From: an uncultured Chloroflexia bacterium
Lineage (GTDB): Bacteria; Chloroflexota; Dormibacteria; Aeolococcales; Aeolococcaceae
Assembly: GCA_963697585.1 (NCBI GenBank)
Contig: CAVOOO010000009.1
Location: 741,248 to 805,247 of the forward strand
Reading direction: 5' to 3'
Length of the DNA: 64,000 bases
How positions within the stretch are numbered: the stretch's first letter is position 1; each line of letters starts with the position of its first letter. A program made the position numbers and the translations under genes. Below are positions 48,216 through 59,519 of this stretch, piece by piece. The notes under the pieces were generated by a model that ran no database searches, was not told the DNA's origin, and saw nothing but the letters and a program-made list of their open reading frames with translations.

Positions 48216-49199
48216 TCAGTACCTCGCCAGGCTGCGGAGCTTGGCCTCGAGCTTGTCGACGTCCACCAGGTAGGCGTCCTCCAGCGACTTGGCGAAGGGC
48301 ATCGCCGGGACCTCGGGACCGCCGATGCGCATCACCGGAGCATCAAGGTACTCGAAACACTCCTCGGCGACGATGGCGGCAACCTCGCTGCTCACCGAGA
48401 CCGCCAGGTTCGCCTCCTGGGCGATCAGCACCTTGCCGCATCTCCGGGCGCTCTCCACGATCGAGGCGCGGTCGAGCGGCCGGAGCGAGCGGAGGTCGAC
48501 CACCTCGACCGAGAAGCCGTCCGCGGAGAGCCGCTCGGCGGCATGAAGGGCGGTCTGGACCATCAGGCCGTACGTGAAGACGGCGATGTCGTCGCCGGCG
48601 CGGGCCACCCGGGCCCGGTCCAGCGGGACGGTGTACTCCTCCTCGGGGACCTCGCCCCGGATCGACCGGTACGCGCGCTTGTGCTCGAAGTAGAGGACCG
48701 GGTCGGGGTCGCGGATCGCCGCGACCAGCATCCCCTTGGCGTCGTGCGGGTTGGAGGGGACGACCACGCGGAGCCCGGGCACGTGGCAGAACATCGCCTC
48801 GAGGGACTGGGAGTGGTAGAGGGCACCATGGACACCGCCCCCGAACGGCGCCCGGATGACCATGGGAACATTCCAGTCGCCGTTGCTCCGGTAGCGCACC
48901 TTGGCGGCCTCGCTGATGATCTGGTCCACGGCCGGCAGGATGAAGTCCTGGAACTGGATCTCGGCGATCGGCCGCATCCCGTTGAGGGCGGCGCCGATGC
49001 AGACGCCCACGATGCAGGACTCGGCGAGCGGGGAGTCCATCACCCGCCACTCGCCGAACTCGCGCTGGAGTCCCTCGGTGAGCCCGAAGACGCCGCCCTT
49101 GGCGCCGACGTCCTCGCCGAAGACCATCACCCGGTCGTCGCGGCGCATCTCGTCGCGGATCCCCTCGCGGATCGCCTCGAGGTAGGTCCTCACCGCCAT
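48216..49199 (-). CDS. 2-oxoisovalerate dehydrogenase E1 beta subunit
   Basis: GEDVG-x-x-GGVF, EIQF-x-DF and GGVHGALYHSQS (Bacillus BkdA2-like). Confidence 0.92.
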   Translation of the reverse strand: MAVRTYLEAIREGIRDEMRRDDRVMVFGEDVGAKGGVFGLTEGLQREFGEWRVMDSPLAESCIVGVCIGAALNGMRPIAEIQFQDFILPAVDQIISEAAKVRYRSNGDWNVPMVIRAPFGGGVHGALYHSQSLEAMFCHVPGLRVVVPSNPHDAKGMLVAAIRDPDPVLYFEHKRAYRSIRGEVPEEEYTVPLDRARVARAGDDIAVFTYGLMVQTALHAAERLSADGFSVEVVDLRSLRPLDRASIVESARRCGKVLIAQEANLAVSVSSEVAAIVAEECFEYLDAPVMRIGGPEVPAMPFAKSLEDAYLVDVDKLEAKLRSLARY

Positions 49200-50203
49200 C
49201 AGCCGTCTCCCAGGACGTGGAGGAGGACGGTCGCGGGGTCGGCATCGGCCGCCGCCTCGGCCTCCGCGGTCGCGAGGTCGAGCTCGGCCACGAGCTCGGC
49301 CCGCATCGCCGCCTCCGCCCGCGAGGTGAGCACTCCGAGCTCGGCCAGGCGGCGCGCGTAGTTCACCAGGCAGTCGCTGCGGCGGTCGGTCTCCAGGTCC
49401 TCCTCGGACCGGTAGCGACGCTGGTCGTCGTCTGAGCTGTGCGAGGTGAGCCGCTGCACCTTGGCGTCGATCAGGGTCGGCCCCTGGCCCGCCCGGGCCC
49501 GGGCGATCGCCTCGCCGCAGCAGTGATAGCTGGCCACCGGGTCGGCACCGTCGACCACCACCCCGGGGATGCCGTAGCCGGCGGCCCGGTCCGCGACATC
49601 ATGGGTGTTCATCTGCCGGGAGGCCGGCACGCTGATCGCGAGCCCGTTGTTCTCGACCAGGAAGACGACCGGAAGGTCGTGGATGGCGGCGAAGTTGAGG
49701 GCCTCGTGGAAGTCTCCCTCGCTGGTCGCGCCCTCCCCGGTGGTCGCCACCGTGACCGCGTCCTCCCCCCGGATCTTGGAGGCCAGCGCGACGCCGGTGG
49801 CGTGGATCAGCTGGGTGGCCACCACCGACCCCGAGCTGACGATGTTGAGCCGCCGGCTGCTGTAGTGGGCGGGCATCTGGCGGCCACCGGTGTTGGGGTC
49901 GCCGGCCTTGGCGAAGGCCGCCAGCAGATGGTCGCGGGGGGTCATCCCCAGCACCAGGGAGAGGGCCAGGTCCCGGTAGTAGGGCGCGACCCAGTCGACC
50001 CCCGGGCGGAGGTGCATCCCCAGGCCCACCTGGATCGCCTCCTGGCCGATCCCCGAGACCCAGAAGGGGACCACGCCCTGGCGGTTGAGCAGCCACACCC
50101 GCTCGTCGAGCAGGCGGGCCCGCAGCATGTGCCGGTACATCGCCCGCAGGGTTCCGGCGTCGATGCCGGTCAACCCTCGGGCGTCCCTGTTGGCGACTAC
50201 CAC
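49199..50203 (-). CDS. 2-oxoisovalerate dehydrogenase E1 alpha subunit
   Basis: PYYRD, GRQMPAHY, TPP motif GEGATSEG...ENN and HSSDDD-x-x-x-YR. Confidence 0.92.
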   Translation of the reverse strand: MVVANRDARGLTGIDAGTLRAMYRHMLRARLLDERVWLLNRQGVVPFWVSGIGQEAIQVGLGMHLRPGVDWVAPYYRDLALSLVLGMTPRDHLLAAFAKAGDPNTGGRQMPAHYSSRRLNIVSSGSVVATQLIHATGVALASKIRGEDAVTVATTGEGATSEGDFHEALNFAAIHDLPVVFLVENNGLAISVPASRQMNTHDVADRAAGYGIPGVVVDGADPVASYHCCGEAIARARAGQGPTLIDAKVQRLTSHSSDDDQRRYRSEEDLETDRRSDCLVNYARRLAELGVLTSRAEAAMRAELVAELDLATAEAEAAADADPATVLLHVLGDG

Positions 50204-50367
50204 CCCTTCTCCTCCGGTGAGGCTGCGGGCCCGACGAACGCTGCTGCCGATACGCCCAGCTCGCCCTCGCCGTCAAGGGCGGGGGAAAGGTGACACATTC
50301 CGAAGCCGGATGGGCTCTCCTGGTTTCGGCCGGCTCGCGCGGGCTCCGCCGCCCCGAGCCGGACGGC

Positions 50368-51762
50368 TCACATGTGGATCGGCTCGCCCGCCGCCGCGAG
50401 CGACGCCTCCATCAGTATCTCGCTGACGGTCGGGTGAGGGGCGATCGCCCGGCCCATCTCGAACGGGGTGGCCTCGAGCAGCCCCCCGAGCGCCGCCGCG
50501 TAGATCAGCTCGGTGACCTCGGGGCCGATCATGTGGACACCGAGGACGGTGCCGTCCGCCCCGGCCACGACCTTGCAGAAGCCCCTCTCGCCCCAGATGA
50601 CCGAGCGGCCGTTGGCGGTGAGCGGGAAGACCCCCGCGCTCACCTCGTGCCCCGCGGCCCGGGCCTCCTCCTCGGAGAGCCCGATCGAGGCGATCTGGGG
50701 GGTGCAGTAGGTGGTCCGGGGAACCAGGTTGGGGTCGAGGGGATGAGGCCCCTGGCCCGCGATCACCTCGGCCGCGATGATCCCCTCGTGGCTGCCCTTG
50801 TGGGCCAGCAGGAAGCCGCCGATCACGTCCCCGATGCCGTACACCCCCTCCTGGGTGGTGCGCAGGTCGGGGCCGGCGCGGACGAAGCCCCGCTCCAGCT
50901 CCACGGCGGTGGTCTCCAGGCCGATCTCCTCGGTGTTGGGGGTGCGACCGATGGCGATCAGCAGCACCTCGGCGCGGAGCCCCTCCTCCTTCCCGTCGTG
51001 GGTGACGGACACCTCCACCCCCTGCTCGCCGCGCCGGATCGAGCCGAGGTCCAGGGTCGCCCCGGTCAGGCAGCGGATCCCCCGCGCCTCGAAGTGCTTG
51101 GCGAGCTCGACGCCGATGGCCCGGTCCTCGAGGGGGACGAGCCGGTCGAGCATCTCCACCACGGTCACCTCGGCCCCGCAGCTCCGCCAGAACGAGGCGA
51201 ACTCGACGCCGACCGCCCCGGCGCCGAGCACGAGGGCCGAGGCCGGGACGTAATCGAGGGCGAGGGCATGGTCGGAGGTCAGCACCACCCGCCCGTCCGC
51301 CTCGGCACCGGGGACCTGCTTGGGGCGCGAACCGGTGGCGATCACGATCGACCCGGCCTCGACCTCGACGTCGCCGCTCTGGCCGCCGCTCACGCGCAGC
51401 CGGCGCGGGCCCTCCAGCAGGCCGCGGCCGCGCACCACCTCGATGCGGTTCTTCTTCATCAGGTACTCGACGCCCCGGTGGAGCTGGGCGACGACCTGGT
51501 CGCGATTCCTCGCCACCTGCGGGTAGTCCAGCTCGACGCCGCTGACCCGGACCCCGAGACGGCCACCCTGGCGCGCCTGGTCGAGGACGAAGGCCGACTG
51601 CAGCAGCGCCTTGGTGGGGATGCAGCCGCGGTGCAGGCAGGTGCCCCCGAGCTTGTCCTCCTCCACCACCGCGGTGCGGAGCCCGAGCTGCGCAGCCCGG
51701 ATCGCGCCGACGTAGCCACCCATGCCCCCACCCAGGAAGGCGACGTCATAGCTGCCGGTCAT
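50368..51762 (-). CDS. lpdA: Dihydrolipoamide dehydrogenase (E3)
   Basis: GGG-x-GG, redox GGTCLHRGCIPTK, GAGAVG and HPTVSE. Confidence 0.95.
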   Translation of the reverse strand: MTGSYDVAFLGGGMGGYVGAIRAAQLGLRTAVVEEDKLGGTCLHRGCIPTKALLQSAFVLDQARQGGRLGVRVSGVELDYPQVARNRDQVVAQLHRGVEYLMKKNRIEVVRGRGLLEGPRRLRVSGGQSGDVEVEAGSIVIATGSRPKQVPGAEADGRVVLTSDHALALDYVPASALVLGAGAVGVEFASFWRSCGAEVTVVEMLDRLVPLEDRAIGVELAKHFEARGIRCLTGATLDLGSIRRGEQGVEVSVTHDGKEEGLRAEVLLIAIGRTPNTEEIGLETTAVELERGFVRAGPDLRTTQEGVYGIGDVIGGFLLAHKGSHEGIIAAEVIAGQGPHPLDPNLVPRTTYCTPQIASIGLSEEEARAAGHEVSAGVFPLTANGRSVIWGERGFCKVVAGADGTVLGVHMIGPEVTELIYAAALGGLLEATPFEMGRAIAPHPTVSEILMEASLAAAGEPIHM

Positions 51763-51802
51763 TGCCTCGGCAGTATATTCACGCCGACGTGAGCGACCAC
51801 CC

Positions 51803-52168
51803 GTGAACACCGTGGAGATCGTGCTGATCCTGGCCGGGCTGGTGATCGGGGTCGGGGTCGGCTACGACGCCGAGCGCTGGGACCGCAGCGTCAACGCCTG
51901 GAGCCTGGTCGGAGCCGTCCTCAGCGTGATCGGGCTGGCCGCCTGGCTGGTGGTCCGCCACCAGGAGGCGGAGCGCCGGCGCGCCAACGGCGAGGAGCTG
52001 CCCCCCGGATGCGTCGCTGGCTGCGCCTCCGGCGCCAGGCCCGCTCCGCCGGCTGAGCTCCGCTCGCGCGGGCGCCCGGCCGGGGTCAGCCGCCCTGCCG
52101 AGCGATCGTCAGCGCGGCCTGGAGCTGGGGATCCTGGGCAGGCGCGGCCGATTGGGCCTCCAGGGTGA
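51803..52168 (+). CDS. Small hypothetical membrane protein
   Basis: Two N-terminal TM helices (YDA-x-R...W...WLVVR) and a low-complexity tail overlapping the ctpA end. Confidence 0.5.
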   Translation: MNTVEIVLILAGLVIGVGVGYDAERWDRSVNAWSLVGAVLSVIGLAAWLVVRHQEAERRRANGEELPPGCVAGCASGARPAPPAELRSRGRPAGVSRPAERSSARPGAGDPGQARPIGPPG

Positions 52169-53549
52169 AGAGGTCGTCGGGGTCGGACAGCGGCACCACC
52201 CGGGTGGGGGTGATCCCGGTCCCATCGATGCTCTCGCCGTCGGGGCCGTACCACTTCTCGACGGTGAGGTGCAGGTCGCTGCCGTCCGGCAGGGGGAAGT
52301 CGAGCTGGACCGAGCCCTTGCCATAGGTGGTCACCCCGACCACGGTGGCCCGGTGGTAGTCGCGCAGTGCCGCGGTGACGATCTCGGAGGCGGAGGCGGT
52401 GCCCCCGTCCACCAGGACCACCAGGGGGATGGAGGGGGCGAGACCACCGGATTGGATCTGATCATGGATCACGGTCTGGGCGCTCGAGGGCTGTCCCTGG
52501 AGGTCCATCCGGCCGCGCCGGACCACCACGTCCTGCTCGCTGCCATGGCGGGTGAGGAACTGGCTGGCCAGGGTCACCGCCGCGCTGACGTAGCCACCGC
52601 CGTTGCCGCGCAGGTCCAGCACCACCGCGGTGGCACCGGCCGCGAGCCCGCTCCTGAGCTGGGCGACCGCGTCCTGGCCGGTGTCCTCGCCGAAGCTGGT
52701 GACCTGGAGGTCGAGCACGGTCCCGAACATCCGGCTGTCAACCGTGGGGATCTGGAGATTGGCCCGGGTCACGGTGAGGGCGAGCTGCGCGCCCCCGCGA
52801 TCGACGGTGAGGGTCACCCGCGTTCCCGCGCGCCCGTCGATCAGCCCCGACACCGCGTCGATCTGCTGGTTCAGCGAGCCCAGGCTCGAGACCTCGGTGC
52901 CGCCGACCGCCAGCAACACATCACCGTTGCGCAGACCGGCGCGCTCCGCCGGCTGGCCGTGCAGGACGTCCTCGACGGTGAGCTCGGTGGGGCTCTCGCC
53001 CGAGGGGCAGAGGGCCGCGCCCGCGCAGCGCTCCTCGAGCGCGATCCCGATGCTGCCACTGCGATCCTGGTTGACGGCGGCGGTGAACTGCTGGTATTCG
53101 CTCTTGGTGAAGTAGGCGCTGAAGCGGTCGTGATAGGCGCTGTCCAGCGCCTGCACCAGGGCCGCCTCGCCGGACTGGGTCCCCAGGCTCGCGGGGACGC
53201 CGCGGAGCACGTAGTCGGCCTCGATGTCCTGCCAGGCCGCCAGCAGGGAGGTCTGGTCGAGACCGCCGAAGTGCGGGTAGATGGCCGCCAGGTTGCTGCC
53301 GAAGGGGATGGCGCCGAGGTTGTCGACCAGCAGCCCACCCAGGTAGAGGCAGATCACGGCCACCACCGCGTGGCTCCAGAAGCCGGCGTGGGGGCGGGGG
53401 AGACGGTGCCGGCGCGGGGGATCGGCCGAGCGGTCGCCCGCGAGCGCGGCCCCGACCTCTCGGGGTGCATCGCCGGCCTCCCCCGGCGATGGCCCCTCCT
53501 CATCCGGAACGGGGTCCGGGCCCTCCACCGATCCCGGTGGGACGCTCAC
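52086..53549 (-). CDS. S41 C-terminal processing peptidase (CtpA-like, PDZ)
   Basis: TM anchor, PDZ (GIGI...PAERAGLR-x-GD), LDLRGNGGG, TASASE (Ser) and GKGSVQ (Lys). GTGA overlap with ftsX. Confidence 0.9.
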   Translation of the reverse strand: MSVPPGSVEGPDPVPDEEGPSPGEAGDAPREVGAALAGDRSADPPRRHRLPRPHAGFWSHAVVAVICLYLGGLLVDNLGAIPFGSNLAAIYPHFGGLDQTSLLAAWQDIEADYVLRGVPASLGTQSGEAALVQALDSAYHDRFSAYFTKSEYQQFTAAVNQDRSGSIGIALEERCAGAALCPSGESPTELTVEDVLHGQPAERAGLRNGDVLLAVGGTEVSSLGSLNQQIDAVSGLIDGRAGTRVTLTVDRGGAQLALTVTRANLQIPTVDSRMFGTVLDLQVTSFGEDTGQDAVAQLRSGLAAGATAVVLDLRGNGGGYVSAAVTLASQFLTRHGSEQDVVVRRGRMDLQGQPSSAQTVIHDQIQSGGLAPSIPLVVLVDGGTASASEIVTAALRDYHRATVVGVTTYGKGSVQLDFPLPDGSDLHLTVEKWYGPDGESIDGTGITPTRVVPLSDPDDLFTLEAQSAAPAQDPQLQAALTIARQGG

Positions 53550-54452
53550 ACGTGCAGGAACCGGCGGACCCCGAGGAAGCTCCCGAAGCCCCCCAGCGCG
53601 GCGCCGAACACCATCAGCAGCACCACCAGCGCGGTGAGGAAGGGCCCGTCGAAGCTCACCCCGAGGAACGCCTGAGTATTGGCCTGATCGAGCACGAACC
53701 GGTAGGCGAGGGCGACGATGGTCGCCCCGAAGGCAGCCGCCAGCACACCTCCGAACACCCCCTCCAGGATGAAGGGCCAGCGCACGAACCAGTCGCCGGC
53801 GCCCACCAGCTTCATGATCTCGATCTCGGTGCGCCGGATGTACACGGCGGTTCGGATCGTGTTCATGATGATGACCAGGCTGATCACCCCGAGCACGATC
53901 GAGAGGACGGCCCCGACCCACACCGTCCAGGTGATCACGGTCTTGAGCACGGGTATCACATGCGGGCTGTAGTCGGTGGCCGACCCGCTGCTGGTGTCGA
54001 CGATGGGCAGCGACTTGGCCAGCGTGTTGAGCTGGGTGAGGTCGTTGAGGTTGCGGACGTGGAGGTCGATCGACGCCGGCAGCGGGTTGCTGCCCAGGGT
54101 GTTGATCGCCGACTGGAGCTGGAGCCCGCGCTGCTGGGCGAGGATCACGGCCTGGTCCTTGGTGGTGAAGCTGACCCCATTGACCCGCGGATCGTGAGCG
54201 AAGCGCTGCTCGTAATCCGCGATGGTGCGCATCGACAGCGAGTTCCTGGAGGTAGATGTGAATCTCGTCGGCCTGCGCCTCCTGCTGGTTGAGGATGGCG
54301 TCCACGGTGTGGGTGAGCAGGATGGTGCCGCCGACCAGCAGCATGATCAGGCCCATGGTGAAGACGCCGGCCATGGAGACCGCCAGGTTGCGGGTGAAGT
54401 TCTGTCCGGCGGCGACCAGGGCGAATCTGACCGACGCCAGCAGCCCTCTCAT
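53546..54452 (-). pseudogene. ftsX: Cell division permease FtsX, split by an apparent 1-nt insertion near 54243
   Basis: The N-part (RN...TM...IHIYLQ) and C-part (NPLPASI...NTIRTAV...EIEIMKLVGA...PFILEG) are in different frames. Removing one A from CAG GAAC TCG restores YLQDSLSMRT. Confidence 0.85.
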
Positions 54453-55210
54453 ATGGTCGCCTCACCCTCGCGGAGGTAGCCGCCCTCGGCCTCGTCGCGG
54501 ACCACCCGGCCGGAATCGATGGCGATCACCCTTCGCCGGCAGAGGTCGACGATCTCGCGGTTGTGGGTCGCCATCAGGACCGTGGTGCCGCGATGGTTGA
54601 TCTGGAGCAGCAGCTGCACGATCCCCCACGAGGTGTCCGGGTCCAGGTTGCCGGTGGGCTCGTCGGCGAGGAAGATGCGCGGCCGGTGCACCAGGGCGCG
54701 GGCGATCGCCACGCGCTGCTGCTCCCCTCCGGAGAGCTCGTCGGGGAACTTGGTGAGCTTGTCCTCGAGCCCGACGATCCAGAGCGTCTCCTCCACCTTC
54801 TCCTTCATGTGGCGCTGGCCGGGCCGGGTGACCTGGAGGGCGAAGGCGACGTTCTGGGCCACCGTCAGCTTGGGCAGCAGCTTGTAGTCCTGGAAGACGA
54901 TGCCGAACTTGCGGCGCAGCTTGGGGAGCCGCCGCCGGCTCATCCGGGTGGTCTCGTGGCCGTCGATGAAGATGCGTCCGCTGGAGGCCACCTCCTCGCG
55001 GATGAGCAGGCGGACCAGGGTGGTCTTGCCCGACCCGCTGGCCCCGACCACGAAGCAGAAGTCGCCCTGGTAGATGGCGAGGTCGACGTCGCGGATCGCC
55101 TCGGTGCCGTTGGCGTAGGTCTTGCTGACCCCGTGGAAGGAGATGACCGGCCGTTGACCGGGGTCCGGCCTCTGGCCGACCTCGGGCGGCATCACCGCGG
55201 CCAGGCTCAC
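54449..55210 (-). CDS. ftsE: Cell division ATP-binding protein FtsE
   Basis: GASGSGKT, VFQDYKLL, LSGGEQQRV, ADEPTGNLD and MATH. Immediately upstream of ftsX. Confidence 0.93.
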   Translation of the reverse strand: MSLAAVMPPEVGQRPDPGQRPVISFHGVSKTYANGTEAIRDVDLAIYQGDFCFVVGASGSGKTTLVRLLIREEVASSGRIFIDGHETTRMSRRRLPKLRRKFGIVFQDYKLLPKLTVAQNVAFALQVTRPGQRHMKEKVEETLWIVGLEDKLTKFPDELSGGEQQRVAIARALVHRPRIFLADEPTGNLDPDTSWGIVQLLLQINHRGTTVLMATHNREIVDLCRRRVIAIDSGRVVRDEAEGGYLREGEATI

Positions 55211-55509
55211 CGTCCGCCGGCTCCGAGGGGGGCGACGACTCCGCGGTCCGGAGACCTGCGGCTGCGCCCGGGGGGCGCGCTCACGACGAGCATCCGTGAA
55301 AGGGTCATGGGGGTGTGACGTTCCGATCGTTCAACGGAGGTGCACCCGGGGGATCGGGAGGCCGGGAGGGCCCGGACGGGGTTCCTGGGGGACGTGGAGT
55401 GGGTCGACGACCCGATGCGGGACCGACCGAGTATAGCCGCGGGGCCGGGGCCGTGGGACGGGTCGAAGGACCTCGGGTACCCGGTGACCGAGGGTGGCGC
55501 GGCCGGACC

Positions 55510-56653
<1,144 letters not shown>

Positions 56654-56849
56654 GGCGGGGTGGAGTGTAGCCGGTGGGTGACAGCGCGACGGCGGAGGGT
56701 GGGCGAGGTGCGGCCGCCGCGCGGGCGGAGGCGTCGCGCCCGCCGCTCGACGTTCCTTCCCGCAGGCTGGCCCGCGGGCTGGCTATGCGTCGTCGGCCGT
56801 GCAGGAGCGGCCGAGGTCGGTCGCGGCCAGACCGCGCCGGGATCTGCCC

Positions 56850-57254
56850 TCAGTCGATGTCGCGGAAGCGACGGCCGTGCTTGACGGCGTTGCGCACCCC
56901 GGCGATCAGCTCCTCGGTCGGGGTGTCCTTGAGAAGGTAGCCGACCGCGCCCGAGCGGAGCGCCTCCTTGACCCGCTCCTTGCCCGAGAAGGACGTGAGC
57001 ATGAGCACCCGGGTGTCGGGGCACGACTTGAGCAGGAAGCGGGTGGCGTCCATGCCGTCCATGTTGGGCATGGAGAGGTCCATCAGGACGATGTCGGGTT
57101 CGTGTTTGAGGCTCATGGTGACCGCCTCGACCCCGTCCGCAGCCAGCCCGACGACCTGGATGTCCTCGGTCCGGTCGAAGATGTCGGCCAGGCCCTGCCG
57201 GACCACGGGATGGTCGTCGACGATGAGGAGGCGGATCTTGCCGCTGCTGCCCAT
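56850..57254 (-). CDS. Stand-alone NarL-type receiver domain (no HTH)
   Basis: LIVDDHPVVR, LMDLSMP, LTS and GYLLKD; the ORF ends right after the receiver domain. Confidence 0.88.
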   Translation of the reverse strand: MGSSGKIRLLIVDDHPVVRQGLADIFDRTEDIQVVGLAADGVEAVTMSLKHEPDIVLMDLSMPNMDGMDATRFLLKSCPDTRVLMLTSFSGKERVKEALRSGAVGYLLKDTPTEELIAGVRNAVKHGRRFRDID

Positions 57255-57397
57255 GACCTGAAACCTCTCGTGAGAGCTGCCGTCCCCTACTCCGGCAGCC
57301 GCATTGTAGGGGCCCGATCGTGCCGATCGTCCGGGCCGTCACGCGGGAGCGACCGGACCGTGCTCCGGCCTTCACCGGCGCGACCCGGTCGGTGAGA

Positions 57398-59074
57398 TCA
57401 GTGGCCTGAGGCCGCCGGCGCCCGCGGCGAGCCCGGCTTCCGGGGCCGCGACCCTGGGGCATCAGGGATGGGCGTCTCGAGGCCTTCCTCGACGGGACCC
57501 GCCCCCACCGCTCGCCCGCCGGCGTCCCGCCGCGAGGCTGGAGCTGGCGTCACCGTGGCGCCGTCAACGTCCGTCGTCTCCTCGGCGACCCGCGGCGGCA
57601 GCATCGGGACCGACATCTCCACCCGGGTGCCCTTCCCCCGGGCAGAGGTGACGGAGAGCTCGCCGCCCCCATCGCGAGCGGTCTGGGCCAGCAGCCCGAG
57701 CCCGGCGTGGCCCTTCTTGCGCTGTTCCGCCCGCTCGGCCGCCGAGAAGCCGCGGCCGTCGTCGCGGATCGACACCAGGAGTCGATCGCTCTCGATGCGG
57801 ACGGCCACCCAGACGGTGTGGCACTGGGCGTGCTTGACGACGTTCCGGAGCGCCTCCTGGATCACGCGGTAGACGAGGCGCTGCTGCCGCTGGTCGAGCT
57901 GCGCCTCGGTGCACTCCAGGACCCAGGAGATGTGGTCGCGGTCGAGGCGGCTGAGGAGCTGTCTCAGCGCGGACGAGAGGCCCTCCTCGTCGAGAAGGGG
58001 CGGAGCCAGCTCGACCATGAGCGTCCTCAACTCCCGAACTGCCTCCGCGGCGAGGTCACGGGTGTAGGTGAGAAACGTCTCGACCCCCTCTCGAGACGAG
58101 ATCGACGGGTCGCCATCTGACAGACGGCCCAGCATCGCGCTGGAGCGGAAGAGGAGCCCGGACACGTCCTGAATCACGCTGTCGTGGAGATCGGCTGCGA
58201 TCCGCTTGCGCTCCAGCTCCGAGGCGTCGCCCGCCCGTCGTAGCGCCTGGGCCTCGCGGCGGAGCAGTCCCTCCCGTTCGCGACGCTGTGCCTCCTCGGC
58301 CAGCGCGTGCTCGTGGGCGCGCCGCGCCAGGGTGACCATGGACCCCTGAACCATTGCCAGGGGTAGCAGGAGGGTAAGGATCCCGAAGGTCCCTCCCTCG
58401 TATCTGTAGAGCAGCGTCGCCCCGGCTGCGGTGATGCCAAAGAGCAGGGCGACGGACGCCGTGCGGACGAGGTTCCGGAGCCATGTTCGAAAGTCCGACG
58501 GTTCGTTGGCCAACGAGACGACGGCGCCGAGGAGAGTGAGGTTGACGATCGTCTCGGCAACTGCGCCCCCCGCACCCCCGAAGGCGAGACCGATCGCCCC
58601 CGACCCGGGCCGGACCGCGTGAGTGAACACCAACCAGGCGGCGGTGTCCGCAAGGAAGTGATTCCCGACGTTGAAGAAGGTGCGAAAGGCCCCCGGCCGC
58701 CTTCTCAGTGCCGAGCCAGCCGATTGGCCCACCGCCATGACGAGGATGGCAGGAGGACCGATGGCGAAGCTGAAGGCGAGGTGGAAGAACCCCGAGGCGG
58801 ACCAGCGGCCCTCGATCCCTCCGAAGCTGGGGATCGCGTATGCGGCCATGGCGGCGACCAGGGGGCCCGAGACCACCGCGGCGACCCAGTCGCCGCGCCA
58901 GGGCATGACCGTCAGGGCGAGCACCCCCGACAACACCCAGGTGGCCGCTACAAAGACGACCAGGGTGGGGCGCACCCGCAACTCTCGAGGCGGTGCCCAC
59001 TGTGGCAACGCCCAGAGAGCACGACCGAGCCGTGCGAGGGCGGGGCGAACGCGTGTTGCCATGCCTCCGACCAC
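57398..59074 (-). CDS. Multi-TM sensor histidine kinase (HisKA_3/HATPase)
   Basis: About 7 TM helices, ERKRIAADLHDSVIQ, QEALRNVVKHA, DDGRGF and GLGL. TAGGCT-N6-GTG start. Confidence 0.9.
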   Translation of the reverse strand: MVGGMATRVRPALARLGRALWALPQWAPPRELRVRPTLVVFVAATWVLSGVLALTVMPWRGDWVAAVVSGPLVAAMAAYAIPSFGGIEGRWSASGFFHLAFSFAIGPPAILVMAVGQSAGSALRRRPGAFRTFFNVGNHFLADTAAWLVFTHAVRPGSGAIGLAFGGAGGAVAETIVNLTLLGAVVSLANEPSDFRTWLRNLVRTASVALLFGITAAGATLLYRYEGGTFGILTLLLPLAMVQGSMVTLARRAHEHALAEEAQRREREGLLRREAQALRRAGDASELERKRIAADLHDSVIQDVSGLLFRSSAMLGRLSDGDPSISSREGVETFLTYTRDLAAEAVRELRTLMVELAPPLLDEEGLSSALRQLLSRLDRDHISWVLECTEAQLDQRQQRLVYRVIQEALRNVVKHAQCHTVWVAVRIESDRLLVSIRDDGRGFSAAERAEQRKKGHAGLGLLAQTARDGGGELSVTSARGKGTRVEMSVPMLPPRVAEETTDVDGATVTPAPASRRDAGGRAVGAGPVEEGLETPIPDAPGSRPRKPGSPRAPAASGH

Positions 59075-59202
59075 GTCGCAAGCCTACGACGGGATGCCCG
59101 AGATGGCCACGATGTGACCGCGTCGTGGTGAGGACGTGGCAGGCTGACCCAGGTACCGGGCCGGCGCAGCCCCCAGCAGCGAGCAGATCCGGACTCGGGA
59201 GT

Positions 59203-59218
59203 GTGACGAAAATGTCAC
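59203..59218. promoter_or_regulatory. GTGAC-N6-GTCAC palindrome in the divergent kinase/MFS intergenic region
   Basis: GTGACGAAAATGTCAC with an AT-rich core. Confidence 0.4.
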
Positions 59219-59519
59219 GAATCAGCTTCTGGGAGCCGCGACACCACCGGCGGGAGTTCGGGTAAGGCACAACAGCACCGTTGCCGACATGCAACCGGCC
59301 CTTCACAAGCGTGACCGGCCCGGAGCATACTTCCGCTCGAAACAGGGGCCGGATCCTCCGGCCCCGGGAATCGAGGGACGACGATGTACCACACCACCGA
59401 CTGGTAGTCGACACGTGTTCGTGGCGCTCCCTGACTAGGGGGTGCCCGCGCGAGGGTGCCGGCTCGGTCGCCGCCCGGCACCCTCGCTGCTGACCGCCCG
59501 AAGAGCGGAGAATCTGCCG

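Noticed and set aside
59202-59219. CRP site
   Set aside because: TGTGA and TCACG are separated by 8 nt, not 6.
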